In this document: positions 20,697 through 29,878 of the stretch, one piece after another | How positions within the stretch are numbered: the stretch's first letter is position 1 | Layout of the letters: the number at the start of each line of letters is the position of its first letter | Assembly (NCBI GenBank): GCA_963822965.1 | Contig: CAWGJT010000005.1 | Span: 704,001 to 768,000 of the forward strand | Direction: 5' to 3' | Length of the DNA stretch: 64,000 nucleotides | DNA from: an uncultured delta proteobacterium | GTDB lineage: Bacteria > Myxococcota_A > UBA9160 > UBA4427 | The notes under the pieces: generated by a model | What the model was told of the DNA's origin: nothing | The model's input: the letters and a program-made list of their open reading frames with translations, nothing else | The model's database searches: none | Program-made: the position numbers and the translations under genes

Positions 20697-21152
20697 GTGC
20701 ACGTGCGCCCCTATCGAGCCGCGGACGAAGCGGCGGTGGTCGCCGTCTGGAACCAGACGAAGCGGGTCGCCTACCCCTACCTGCCGGACGAAGCCACGCG
20801 CCGCCTGGAAGAGGACGCGGCCTTCTTCCGGGAGAACGTGGCGCCGCGCTGCCGCATCTGGCTCGCCTGCGAAGACGAGACCGTGAGGGGCTTCCTGGCC
20901 CTCGCCGGCAGCTACGTCGATCGGCTCTACATCCACCCGAGCCACCAACGCGCCGGCGTGGGCCGGGTGCTGCTCGAACACGCCAAGCGGCTGTGCCCCG
21001 ACGGACTGGCGCTGCACACGCACCAGCAGAACGTCTCCGCCTGCGCGTTCTACGAGAAGCACGGCTTCCGCGCGATCCGCTTCGGCTCGAGCCCGCCGCC
21101 GGAGCGCTCGCCCGACGTCGAGTATCGTTGGCGACCGGCGCCCCCGCCCTGA
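20697..21152 (+). CDS. GNAT family N-acetyltransferase
   Basis: LYIHPSHQRAGVG motif A; N..A.AFYEKHGF. Confidence 0.88.
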   Translation: MHVRPYRAADEAAVVAVWNQTKRVAYPYLPDEATRRLEEDAAFFRENVAPRCRIWLACEDETVRGFLALAGSYVDRLYIHPSHQRAGVGRVLLEHAKRLCPDGLALHTHQQNVSACAFYEKHGFRAIRFGSSPPPERSPDVEYRWRPAPPP

Positions 21153-21183
21153 GCCGCCGCGCGAGCGCTCGAGAGGAGAGCCG

Positions 21184-21786
21184 ATGTCCCGCCGAGCGGC
21201 CCCGCCGCGACCCACCTTCATCCGACACGTGAGCGAGCTCGCTTCCGGCGAGGTGATCTGGCCCGGCTCCGACGAGGTGCTGGCGATCCGGACGCCGCTG
21301 TCGCGACCGTTGGGGCTCACGCGGCTCGGCGTCCACCACGAGGTGCTGGCGCCGGGGCATCGCAGCAGCCTGCCGCACGCCGAGGCGACGGAGGAGGAGT
21401 GCGTCTACGTCCTCGAGGGTCATCCCCAGGCCTGGATCGACGGCGAGCTGCATCCGCTCCGGCCCGACGACATCGTCGTCTTCGCACCCGGTACCGGCGT
21501 GCGCCACACCATCACGAACCCCACGGACGAGCCCGTGCGCCTGCTCGTGATCGGCGAGCGGGTCGCCGTGAGTCGGCGACGCGTGGGGCGCTTCCGGGAG
21601 TGGCTGCAGGCGACCCATCCCGAACGCGGAGCGCCCGAAGGGATGGCACCCGGTGAGCTGCTCGCGCTGGCGGACGCGTTCGAGGGCGGCGCCGTCTCGC
21701 GCAATCGCGGCCTGCGGGAGAGCTGGCGGGTCGGCTTCGTCGACCACCTCTACGAGCGGCGCTCGGACTTCGAGGAAGGCGACTGA
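21184..21786 (+). CDS. Cupin domain protein
   Basis: LAPGHRSSLPHAE..EEECVYVLEG, PGTGVRHTITN. Confidence 0.8.
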   Translation: MSRRAAPPRPTFIRHVSELASGEVIWPGSDEVLAIRTPLSRPLGLTRLGVHHEVLAPGHRSSLPHAEATEEECVYVLEGHPQAWIDGELHPLRPDDIVVFAPGTGVRHTITNPTDEPVRLLVIGERVAVSRRRVGRFREWLQATHPERGAPEGMAPGELLALADAFEGGAVSRNRGLRESWRVGFVDHLYERRSDFEEGD

Positions 21787-21853
21787 TGCCGCCCCGGAGC
21801 CACGGTTCCGCCGCAAAGGGACCCAGCGGGCTCCCTCAGCTAACGTCGTGCCG

Positions 21854-22891
21854 ATGACAGCGGCGCAACGGGCGGGCCAGCTCCTCTTCTGCGGCTTCGA
21901 GGGCACGAGCGTGCCCGACGATCTCGCGTCGCGGGTCGAGGCGGGGCGCGTCGGCGGCGTCGTCCTCTTCTCGCGCAACATCGAGAGCCCCGAGCAGATC
22001 CTCGACCTGACGATGCGCCTGCACGCGCTCGCACCGGCGGGCGCGCCGCTGCTCGTCTGCATCGACCAGGAGGGCGGACGCGTCCAGCGGCTTCGCCACC
22101 CCTGGACCGAATGGCCGCCGATGCGCCGCCTGGGCGAGACGCAGGACCCGGCCCTCACGGAGGCGGTGGCGCGCGCCCTCGCGCGGGAGCTGCTCGACGC
22201 GGGCATCGGCCTCGACTTCGCGCCCTGCGTGGACGTGGACACCAATCCAGCCAATCCCGTCATCGGCGATCGCAGCTTCGGCCGCGATCCGGCGGTCGTC
22301 TCGCAGCACGCCGTCCACTTCATCCGCGCCATGCAGCAGGCGGGTGTCGCCGCCTGCGCGAAGCACTTCCCCGGCCACGGCGACACCTCGAGCGACAGCC
22401 ACCTGGAGCTCCCACGGCTGGACCACGACCTCGCGCGACTGCGGGCCGTCGAGCTGCCACCCTTCCAGGCCGCCGTCCGAGCCGGGGTCGCCAGCGTGAT
22501 GACGGCGCACGTGCTGTTCCCGGCGCTCGACGGCGAGCGCCCCGCCACCCTGTCGCCCGCCGTGATGGGGCTGCTGCGCGACGAGCTCGGCTACGACGGC
22601 CTGGTCTTCTCCGACGACCTCGAGATGAAGGCGGTGGCCGACCACTACCCGCCGGACGCGCTCGTGGACGAGAGCCTGCGAGCGGGGGTCGACGCCTTCC
22701 TGGTCTGCCGGCGGGCCGACCTGCGGGACGAGGTGCTCGGCCGCCTCGAGGTGACCCCGGCGTCCCGACTCGCGCGTGGCCTGGCCCGCATGGCGGCCCT
22801 CAAGGCACGCTACGCCGGCAACCGTCCGACGGGCGAGCGCCCCCCGTACGACGCGCACGCGGCCCTGGCGGCACGGCTCACCGCCGCCTGA
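21854..22891 (+). CDS. nagZ: Beta-N-acetylhexosaminidase (GH3)
   Basis: IDQEGGRVQR, KHFPGHGDTSSDSH (NagZ signature), SDDLEM. Confidence 0.9.
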   Translation: MTAAQRAGQLLFCGFEGTSVPDDLASRVEAGRVGGVVLFSRNIESPEQILDLTMRLHALAPAGAPLLVCIDQEGGRVQRLRHPWTEWPPMRRLGETQDPALTEAVARALARELLDAGIGLDFAPCVDVDTNPANPVIGDRSFGRDPAVVSQHAVHFIRAMQQAGVAACAKHFPGHGDTSSDSHLELPRLDHDLARLRAVELPPFQAAVRAGVASVMTAHVLFPALDGERPATLSPAVMGLLRDELGYDGLVFSDDLEMKAVADHYPPDALVDESLRAGVDAFLVCRRADLRDEVLGRLEVTPASRLARGLARMAALKARYAGNRPTGERPPYDAHAALAARLTAA

Positions 22892-22962
22892 CCCGCGCCG
22901 GCCGACCCCTCGCGACACCGCCCCGTGCTACACCGACCGCGGTCGAACGACCGGGGCCACGG

Positions 22963-22999
22963 CGGACACGAGCGGACACCTCCGAACACCTCCGAACGC
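22963..22999 (+). repeat. Four direct repeats phased at 10 bp (CGGACAC, CGGACAC, CGAACAC, CGAACGC)
   Basis: Units start at 22963, 22973, 22983 and 22993, in the intergenic region upstream of the regulator gene. Confidence 0.7.
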
Positions 23000-23018
23000 C
23001 GCACGGGCCAGAAAAGCG

Positions 23019-23047
23019 TTGACCCTGCGGTCGCATACAGGGATAAG
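23019..23047 (+). promoter_or_regulatory. Candidate sigma70-type promoter with internal inverted repeat
   Basis: TTGACC-N17-GATAAG; CCCTG (23023-27) and CAGGG (23038-42) inverted repeat overlapping the spacer. Confidence 0.4.
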
Positions 23048-23073
23048 GGTCATGAATGCACGGAGGCTCCCAC

Positions 23074-24390
23074 ATGACCGCAAGCGCGCTCTCTCCCTCG
23101 ATGCCACACGTGGCGGCGGGCCCGCCCGGCGGCGGCCGGGAGGGCGTCGCCTCCCCGACGGTGCTCGTCGTCGACGACCAGGAACGGGCGCGGGAGCTGC
23201 TCACCGCGGAGCTCCGGGCGGCGGGGTTCCCGGTGGTCGCCGCGAGCGACGGGGAGGAGGGCTGGCAGCACTTCTGCAGTCGCAGCCCGGGCGTCGTCGT
23301 GACCGACATGAGCATGCCCCGCTGCGACGGGATCGAGCTGCTGCGGCGCATCCGCTCCCGGTCGGACGTCCCCGTCATCGTCTTCAGTGGACACGGATCG
23401 ATCGAGAGCGCCGCGGAGGCCTTCAAGGCCGGCGCGGACGACTTCGTGAGCTCCCTCGACGTGGAGATCGACGACCTGGTGGCGCTGGTGCGGAGGTCGG
23501 CGCGGGCGACTCCGGCCCCGCCGAGCCGCGGCGACCTCGAGCAGCGCCTGGTGGGAGAGAGCGCCGCCATCGAGCGGATCCGCTGGCGGCTCTCGGGGCT
23601 CGCGCCGCTCTCGACCCCCGTCCTCGTGACGGGCGAGCCGGGCACGGGTCGCAGCACGGCCGTACGGGCCATGCACGAGCTCGGTGCCACCACGAGCGGC
23701 GAGCTGCACGTGCTCGACGCGCGCGCGTTCGTCCCGGCGGAATTTCCGCAGACCGGCGCCATCCGGGGCGTCCACCTGCGCGACGTAGAGCACCTGAGCC
23801 CGCAGGCCCAGCGCTACTGGTCCGGCCGCCTCGGCCGGGAGGAGACCTCGAGCCTGCCCGCCACCACCCGGCTCTTCGCCACCACGTCCGCGCCGCTCGC
23901 CTCCCTGGTGCGGAGCGGCGACTTCGACGCGCGCCTCGGCCGTTCGCTGCTGCGCTTCGAGGTGGAGATGCCGCCCCTGCGAGAGCGGACGGGCGACGTT
24001 CCGGCCATCGCCCGGGTCATGCTGCTGCGGATCGGCCGGGCCGTCGGCCGGCCGCGCATCCAGCTCTCGCCCGCGGCGCTTCGCTATCTCGAAGGCTGTC
24101 GCCTGCCCGAGAACCTGCACCAGCTGGAGCGCCTGCTCGAGCGAGCCGTCGCGTACTCGCTCGGCAAGGTGATCCGTCGCCAGACCCTGCAGGAGATCCT
24201 GGCGGATCTCGAGAGCACGATCGCCGGCATGCGCGAGGAGCGCCAGCTGCTCGAACGCGAGCGCCTGCTCGAGACGCTCCAGGCGACGGGTGGCAACATC
24301 ACCCATACCGCCGCGATCCTCGGGAAGAGTCGGGCAGCGATCTATCGCCTGATCGCGAAGCACGACATTCCCCTGACCCGGCGCTCCTGA
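23074..24390 (+). CDS. Atypical NtrC/Fis-family response regulator (REC, degenerate AAA+, Fis HTH)
   Basis: VLVVDD, VTDMSMP; LVGESAAI, VLVTGEPGTGRS, PPLRER..D, GNITHTAAILGKSRAAIYRLI; no GAFTGA; GGAGG RBS. Confidence 0.85.
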   Translation: MTASALSPSMPHVAAGPPGGGREGVASPTVLVVDDQERARELLTAELRAAGFPVVAASDGEEGWQHFCSRSPGVVVTDMSMPRCDGIELLRRIRSRSDVPVIVFSGHGSIESAAEAFKAGADDFVSSLDVEIDDLVALVRRSARATPAPPSRGDLEQRLVGESAAIERIRWRLSGLAPLSTPVLVTGEPGTGRSTAVRAMHELGATTSGELHVLDARAFVPAEFPQTGAIRGVHLRDVEHLSPQAQRYWSGRLGREETSSLPATTRLFATTSAPLASLVRSGDFDARLGRSLLRFEVEMPPLRERTGDVPAIARVMLLRIGRAVGRPRIQLSPAALRYLEGCRLPENLHQLERLLERAVAYSLGKVIRRQTLQEILADLESTIAGMREERQLLERERLLETLQATGGNITHTAAILGKSRAAIYRLIAKHDIPLTRRS

Positions 24391-24400
24391 GCGCGGACCC

Positions 24401-27400
24401 GTGCATCGGCTCACCCGCGCCTGTCTCGCGAGGCCGGGAGCGGCGCTGATCCTGCTCGCGGTGGGGACCGCCGTCTTCGGTCTGGGCCTGCCGCGGGTGC
24501 ATCCGGAGTTCGGATATCGGGTGCTGATCGGCGACGACCACCCCGCGGTCCGCCGGCTCGACGCCTTCATCGCGCGCTTCGGAGGCGGGCTGCCGATCCA
24601 GATCGGCTGGGCGTGCGGTCCCGGCCTGCCCTGCCGAAGCGTCTTCGATCGCGATTCGCTCGCGATGGCGCACGCGGTGACGACCGCCCTGCAGTCCGAA
24701 GCCGGCGTCCACGAGGTGATCGGGCCGGCCAACGCCCCCCTGCTCGTTCCCCAGGACGACGGATTCGCGGTCCGACGACTCGTCGAGAACGGACGCATCG
24801 CCAACGACGCCTCTCGCCTGGCCCAGCGGGCCGGCGAGGACCCGCTGTGGCGCGGAGCGTTGGTCGACTCGGCGGGCACGGCGGCCACCCTCGTCGTGCA
24901 GCCCGTGGACAGCACGCCCCGGACCAGTGCCCGGGTGAGCGCGGCGGTCCGCCGGGTGCTCGAGCCCTTCGAGGCGGCGGGCTTCCACTTCCACCTCACC
25001 GGCGATCCGATCCAGAACGGCATCGTCGGCCGCGAGCTCGCCGAGAGCACCTCCCGCCTGATCCCGTTCACGGTCCTGGTGATCGGTCTCATCCTCTACG
25101 GGCTCTCGCGCTCGCTGCAGGTGACGGCGGTGGCGCTCACCACGCTGGGCGTCGCGCTGGTGTGGACCTTCGGGCTGTTGGGCTTCCTGGCATGGCCCCA
25201 GGACGGGATCCTCGAGGTGCTGGCGCCGCTCGTGCTGGTGGTGGGCGTCTGCGATTCGGTGCACCTGCTCGCCGAGTACCACGCCAGCCTCGGGATCCGC
25301 GATCCGGCGCGCGCCGCACGCGCACGGGCGCTCGTGCGAGCCGCGCGCCGCATCGCCGGACCCTGCCTGCTCACCACCCTCACGACGGCCGCGGCCTTTC
25401 TCTCGTTCGTGACCAGCGATCTCGCCACCTTCGTCCGCTTCGGCGCCATCGCGGCGTTCGGCGTCCTGGCGTGCCTGCTGCTCACGTTCAGCCTGCTGCC
25501 GCTGCTCGTGCTCCTGCTGCCGCACCGGGACGCGCGCGCCGCCGTCTCCCGCACGTGGAGCGTCGCCCTCGAGTCCGTGCTCCGCACGAGCGAGCGGCGC
25601 GCCGTTCCCATCCTCGTGATCGCGGGGATCGTGCTCGCGGTGTGCGCGGCGGGCTGGGCCCTGCACCTGCGGGTCGACCACCAGTGGACCGAATCCCTGG
25701 GCGAGGACAGCCAGGTCGTTCGGTCCTGGCGCTTCATGGAGGAACGCATCGGTCGCTCGGACACCCTGGAGGTCGAGGTGGTGCCGGCGCCCGGGACACC
25801 GATCGAGGACCCGCGCAGCCTGGCGGCCGTCGCCGCGCTCGCGGACTTCCTCGGAGGCCTCGAGAACCTGCGCGAGCCCCGCAGCGTGGTCGACATCGTA
25901 CGCCGCGTGAACCGGCTGCTGCACGGGGACCGTGCGGAGCACGAGCGCATCGGCGCCACCACCGGAGCCAACGCCGAGATCCTCGAGCTGGTGGGGCTCG
26001 ACGATCCGGTCCTGCTGGCGAGCTGGCTGAGCTTCGACCGGCGGCGGCTGCGCATCTCCGTCGGCGCACCCGAGCAGGCCTTCTCCACCCGGAAGCGCGT
26101 GATGCAGGGCCTCGCCGACTACGCGGCCACGCACCTGCCCGACGGCTGGCAGGCGCTTCCGACGGGGCGCGTTGCCATGCAGTTCGCGTGGATCCGGGAC
26201 GTGCAGGCGACCCAGCTGCGCTCCTTCCCCACGGCGCTCGTCCTGGTGGGGGTGATGCTGGCCGTCTTCCTGCGCTCCGGCCGGCTGGCCCTCGCGGCCC
26301 TGGTTCCGAGCGTGCTGCCGGTGGTCGTCACCCTGGGGACCATGGGCTGGGTGGGCATGACCCTCGACGTGGGCCGGGCCATGATCGCGGCGGTGGTGCT
26401 GGGCATCGCCGTCGACGACAGCATCCACATTCTGCACCGCTACCGGACGCGAAGGCTCGAGGGCGACGAGCCGCGGCGGGCCATCCGCGAGGCGATCCAG
26501 CACACGGGGCGGGCGGTCGTCACCACGTCGCTCGCCCTGGCGCTGGGCTTCCTCACCCTGATGGCCTCCGCGTGGCAGTCCATCGCGAGCTTCGGCTTCT
26601 TCGTGGCCCTCGCCATCCTGGGTGCGCTGCTGGCGTCCCTGTTCGTGCTGCCCGCGCTGATCTTCGCCTTCTCGCGCGACCGGGAGGCCTCGTCCGAGCG
26701 GAAGCGATCGGGTCGCACGCGCCGGCTGGCGAGCCTGGCGGTAGTGCTCCCGGTCGTGGCCGCCTCCGCGTCGGCGATCGCCTGGACCGTCACCGACGGC
26801 AGCCGCTGGCAGGCTCCCTGCTGGCTGCTGCCCCGGGCCCACGTGCTGAAGCTGCCCGGCGCAGGCCGCTGCCCGCTGGAGCTGCTGGACCAGATCCGCT
26901 GGGTCCAGGACGGCGACGGCCGGCGACGGACCGTGAGCGGCGCCACCGACGCACGGGCCGCGATCGAGGCAGCCGGACCGGACCCCACCCTCGGCGTGCT
27001 CCGCCGCGGGCAGGAACGCAGCGTCGTGCTGCGGCTCGAGCCGAGCACGCGGCTGCAACGGGCCGGAGGAACCGCGACCGGTGTGGCCCTGGCCTGGGGG
27101 CTCCTCCTCCTGCCGGTGCTGCTTCTCCTGAACTCCCGGGCTCGGGCAGCGCTACCCCTCGCGATCTTCTACTCGGCGACCGGGGTCGTGCTCATCGCGG
27201 CGCTCGCGAGCCCGCCCTCGCAGCTGCTGAGCGCGGCGTCCGTCGCCGCCCTGCTCGTGGCGCCCGCCGCACTCGCACAGCTCTGCATGCTCTTTCCCGT
27301 GGAGTCCCGCATCGTGCGGCAGGCGCCGCGTCTCGTCTGGGCCCCGTACCTCGCGAGCGCGGGCCTCGCCGCGACGGCGTTCCTCGTGCTCGATCGTGCG

Positions 27401-29005
27401 CCGCTGCTCTGGCCCACGTTCGTCTATCTGCTGCTCGGCCTGTGCGGCGGGGCCTGGCTCGTGCTGATGCTGGCCTGTGCGTTCTCGGTGCGGGAAGCCG
27501 CGTCCAGCGTCGGCCGTGCGAGGGCGCGCTTCGTCTTCTTCTCGAGCCTGGCGCTGCCCGCCGCCCTCGCGCTGCCCCTCACCTGGGACGACAGCCCGTC
27601 ACAGATGGCGGCGGCCTATCTCTGGTGCTCGTCCCTGGTGGTGCCGCTCCCGATCGGGTTCGCCATCAGCCGCTACAACCTCTTCGACCTGGGCTGGCAT
27701 GCCCGGCGGGCCAGCGCCCGCGTCGTCTACTTCCTGGCGGGTGCGCTGGGCGTCGCGGGCTCGATGCACCTCGCCGTTCGGGCACTCGACCCGACCCGCC
27801 CGCCGCGGGACTTCGGCACGCTCTTCCTCACCGCCCTCGGCTGCATGGTCGCCGCGGAGGGCCTGCGTCGCCCGATCCTGGGCTGGCTCGAGTCGACCCT
27901 GTCGCCGCGTCTCGAGGCGCTGCGGGCCCTGCGCGAGCGCTCGTCGCGACGCATGGCGAGCCTCTCCGGCGAGCACGAGATCAGCCGCCGCCTGCTGCGG
28001 ACGCTGCAGGCCGGCATCCGATTCTCGTCGGCATGGGTGGTGTTCGAGCGAACCGGAGCGTGGGAGCCGGCGCAGTCGATCGGAGACGTCGCGCCCGCAG
28101 CGCCGGCCGCCATGCAGCAGGCGGCGCTGCTCGTGCACGACCGGGACGTGGTAGACCTGTCCTCCCGGGAGCCCGGTGATCCCAGCCCCCTCGCCGACCA
28201 CGGAATCCACGTCGTCGCCTCGCTTCGGCACGGGGAGGAGATGCTGGGTCTCGTGCTGCTCGGCGCGCCCGCCCGGAACGCCGCCCTGGCGGGCTGCGAG
28301 CTGGACTTCGTGGCGGGTGTCTGCGCCCAGGCGGCGATCGCCATCCACAACTCGCGGGCGGCGGACGAACGTGCCGCCGTCGAGCGACACGCCGCCACCG
28401 CCCGGGTGGCCGTCGACCTGATGCAGGACGTGGGCAAGGACCTCGGCTGGATGCGCGGGCTGGCCGCCCGGCTGGCGGCACGCGCCCAGCATGAGCCCGG
28501 GCTGCAAGCCGCCGCGTGTCAGGTGAGAGACCTGGCGGACTCGGTCGCGGGGCGCCTGCGCGCATTCGCCCGGGACGCCGCTTCCCGCGGTGACGACCCG
28601 CCCGGCACCGAGCGCCTGGACGAGCTGCTCGAACGCTGCGTGCGAGCGCTGTGCTCACGGCACGGCAAGCAGCGCGTCCGCCTGCGACACGAGCCGGTCG
28701 CGCGCGGTGTCCGGTGCCACGAGAACGTGGGACGCGTGCTCCTGCACCTGGTCGAGCACGCGATCCGGGACACCCATCCCCGCCAGACGGTGGAGATCTC
28801 GACGGACCTCGACGCCGACGGCTGGCTGAACCTGCGCGTGGAGACGGACGGAGGGCCCGCTGCGGTGGCACGCAGCTTCGAGCTCGCCCTCTCGTGCGAC
28901 ATGGCCGAGGCCCTGGGCGGGAGCATCGAGCTGTCGGTCCCGGCGGCCGGCCGCCGGCGCGCGAACCTGCACCTGCCCCTCGCGGAGCACCCCCGACTTG
29001 TGTGA
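24401..29005 (+). CDS. MMPL/RND-family transporter fused to a membrane sensor, GAF domain and degenerate histidine-kinase domain
   Basis: Two MMPL halves (VGVCDSVHL; LGIAVDDSIHILHRY; TGRAVVTTS) to about 26670, then more TM helices, SRYNLFDL, GAF-like LGLVLLG...QAAIAIHNSR, and HisKA/HATPase-like remnants; one uninterrupted 1534-aa ORF. Confidence 0.8.
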   Translation: MHRLTRACLARPGAALILLAVGTAVFGLGLPRVHPEFGYRVLIGDDHPAVRRLDAFIARFGGGLPIQIGWACGPGLPCRSVFDRDSLAMAHAVTTALQSEAGVHEVIGPANAPLLVPQDDGFAVRRLVENGRIANDASRLAQRAGEDPLWRGALVDSAGTAATLVVQPVDSTPRTSARVSAAVRRVLEPFEAAGFHFHLTGDPIQNGIVGRELAESTSRLIPFTVLVIGLILYGLSRSLQVTAVALTTLGVALVWTFGLLGFLAWPQDGILEVLAPLVLVVGVCDSVHLLAEYHASLGIRDPARAARARALVRAARRIAGPCLLTTLTTAAAFLSFVTSDLATFVRFGAIAAFGVLACLLLTFSLLPLLVLLLPHRDARAAVSRTWSVALESVLRTSERRAVPILVIAGIVLAVCAAGWALHLRVDHQWTESLGEDSQVVRSWRFMEERIGRSDTLEVEVVPAPGTPIEDPRSLAAVAALADFLGGLENLREPRSVVDIVRRVNRLLHGDRAEHERIGATTGANAEILELVGLDDPVLLASWLSFDRRRLRISVGAPEQAFSTRKRVMQGLADYAATHLPDGWQALPTGRVAMQFAWIRDVQATQLRSFPTALVLVGVMLAVFLRSGRLALAALVPSVLPVVVTLGTMGWVGMTLDVGRAMIAAVVLGIAVDDSIHILHRYRTRRLEGDEPRRAIREAIQHTGRAVVTTSLALALGFLTLMASAWQSIASFGFFVALAILGALLASLFVLPALIFAFSRDREASSERKRSGRTRRLASLAVVLPVVAASASAIAWTVTDGSRWQAPCWLLPRAHVLKLPGAGRCPLELLDQIRWVQDGDGRRRTVSGATDARAAIEAAGPDPTLGVLRRGQERSVVLRLEPSTRLQRAGGTATGVALAWGLLLLPVLLLLNSRARAALPLAIFYSATGVVLIAALASPPSQLLSAASVAALLVAPAALAQLCMLFPVESRIVRQAPRLVWAPYLASAGLAATAFLVLDRAPLLWPTFVYLLLGLCGGAWLVLMLACAFSVREAASSVGRARARFVFFSSLALPAALALPLTWDDSPSQMAAAYLWCSSLVVPLPIGFAISRYNLFDLGWHARRASARVVYFLAGALGVAGSMHLAVRALDPTRPPRDFGTLFLTALGCMVAAEGLRRPILGWLESTLSPRLEALRALRERSSRRMASLSGEHEISRRLLRTLQAGIRFSSAWVVFERTGAWEPAQSIGDVAPAAPAAMQQAALLVHDRDVVDLSSREPGDPSPLADHGIHVVASLRHGEEMLGLVLLGAPARNAALAGCELDFVAGVCAQAAIAIHNSRAADERAAVERHAATARVAVDLMQDVGKDLGWMRGLAARLAARAQHEPGLQAAACQVRDLADSVAGRLRAFARDAASRGDDPPGTERLDELLERCVRALCSRHGKQRVRLRHEPVARGVRCHENVGRVLLHLVEHAIRDTHPRQTVEISTDLDADGWLNLRVETDGGPAAVARSFELALSCDMAEALGGSIELSVPAAGRRRANLHLPLAEHPRLV

Positions 29006-29852
29006 CGAAGCCGGATCCACCCGAGCCCCGGCGACCCGGGCGCCGCGTCCCGGACGAGGCGGCCTGTCTGGGCTCGTGCTGGCGGCCATCTGCGCCGCCC
29101 TCCCCGCCCGGGCCGCCGCACCGGACCGCGACCCGCAGCAGCTCCTCCGGCAGGCCTTCACGAACCAGTACGAGGTGGACACGACGGCGACCATCGACCT
29201 CGTGATCCGCAGCGCCGCGGGAGAGGAGCGGCGGCGCACCTTCGACGCCGCGTCGAAGATCATCGGCGGTCGCATGCACTCGATCGGTCGCCTCACCCAT
29301 CCCGAGCACCTGCGCGGCATGACCATCCTGCAGATCGAAGCGCCGGATCGAAGCCACGACGCCTTCGTCTACCTGCCCTCGATGCAATCCGTGCGAAGGA
29401 TCTCCACCGCGCAACGGGGGGACGCATTCTTCGGCACCGACGTCACCTACGAAGATCTGGAACGACGCCACCCCGAGGACTACGAGGTGGTCGGAGTCGA
29501 GGCCGGCTCGGTCGACGGAGAGGAGGCCGACTGCGTCCGCGCGCGACCCCGCCTGCCGCACTCCTACCACGAGGTGCACTTCTGGATCGCACGAGCCGAC
29601 CACGTCCTGCTGCGGGCGGACTTCTTCAAGCGAGGCACCGACCGGCCCTATCGCCGGATCGTCGCCCCGCGCCAGGGAATGCGCACGGGCGGCGAGCACA
29701 CCCTCCCGACCCGGCTCACGGTCCACAACTTCGCCCGGGGCACCACCACCCGGGTGAGCTACCGCCGGCTCCGCATCGGCGCGACCATCGACGACCGCCT
29801 CTTCTCGATCCGGACCCTCGAGCAACGCGCGCGGATCCCCGGAGCGAGGTGA
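28998..29852 (+). CDS. Outer membrane lipoprotein-sorting protein (LolA-like fold)
   Basis: Signal peptide; P.HLRGM.IL, VYLPSMQSVRRIS, FFGTDVTYEDLE motifs typical of MMPL-associated LolA-like proteins. Confidence 0.8.
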   Translation: MCDEAGSTRAPATRAPRPGRGGLSGLVLAAICAALPARAAAPDRDPQQLLRQAFTNQYEVDTTATIDLVIRSAAGEERRRTFDAASKIIGGRMHSIGRLTHPEHLRGMTILQIEAPDRSHDAFVYLPSMQSVRRISTAQRGDAFFGTDVTYEDLERRHPEDYEVVGVEAGSVDGEEADCVRARPRLPHSYHEVHFWIARADHVLLRADFFKRGTDRPYRRIVAPRQGMRTGGEHTLPTRLTVHNFARGTTTRVSYRRLRIGATIDDRLFSIRTLEQRARIPGAR

Positions 29853-29878
29853 GGCGGACGGGCCTGCCTCGGCGGGAA

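Noticed and set aside
23074..24390. Canonical sigma54 activator
   Set aside because: No GAFTGA motif and degenerate Walker motifs
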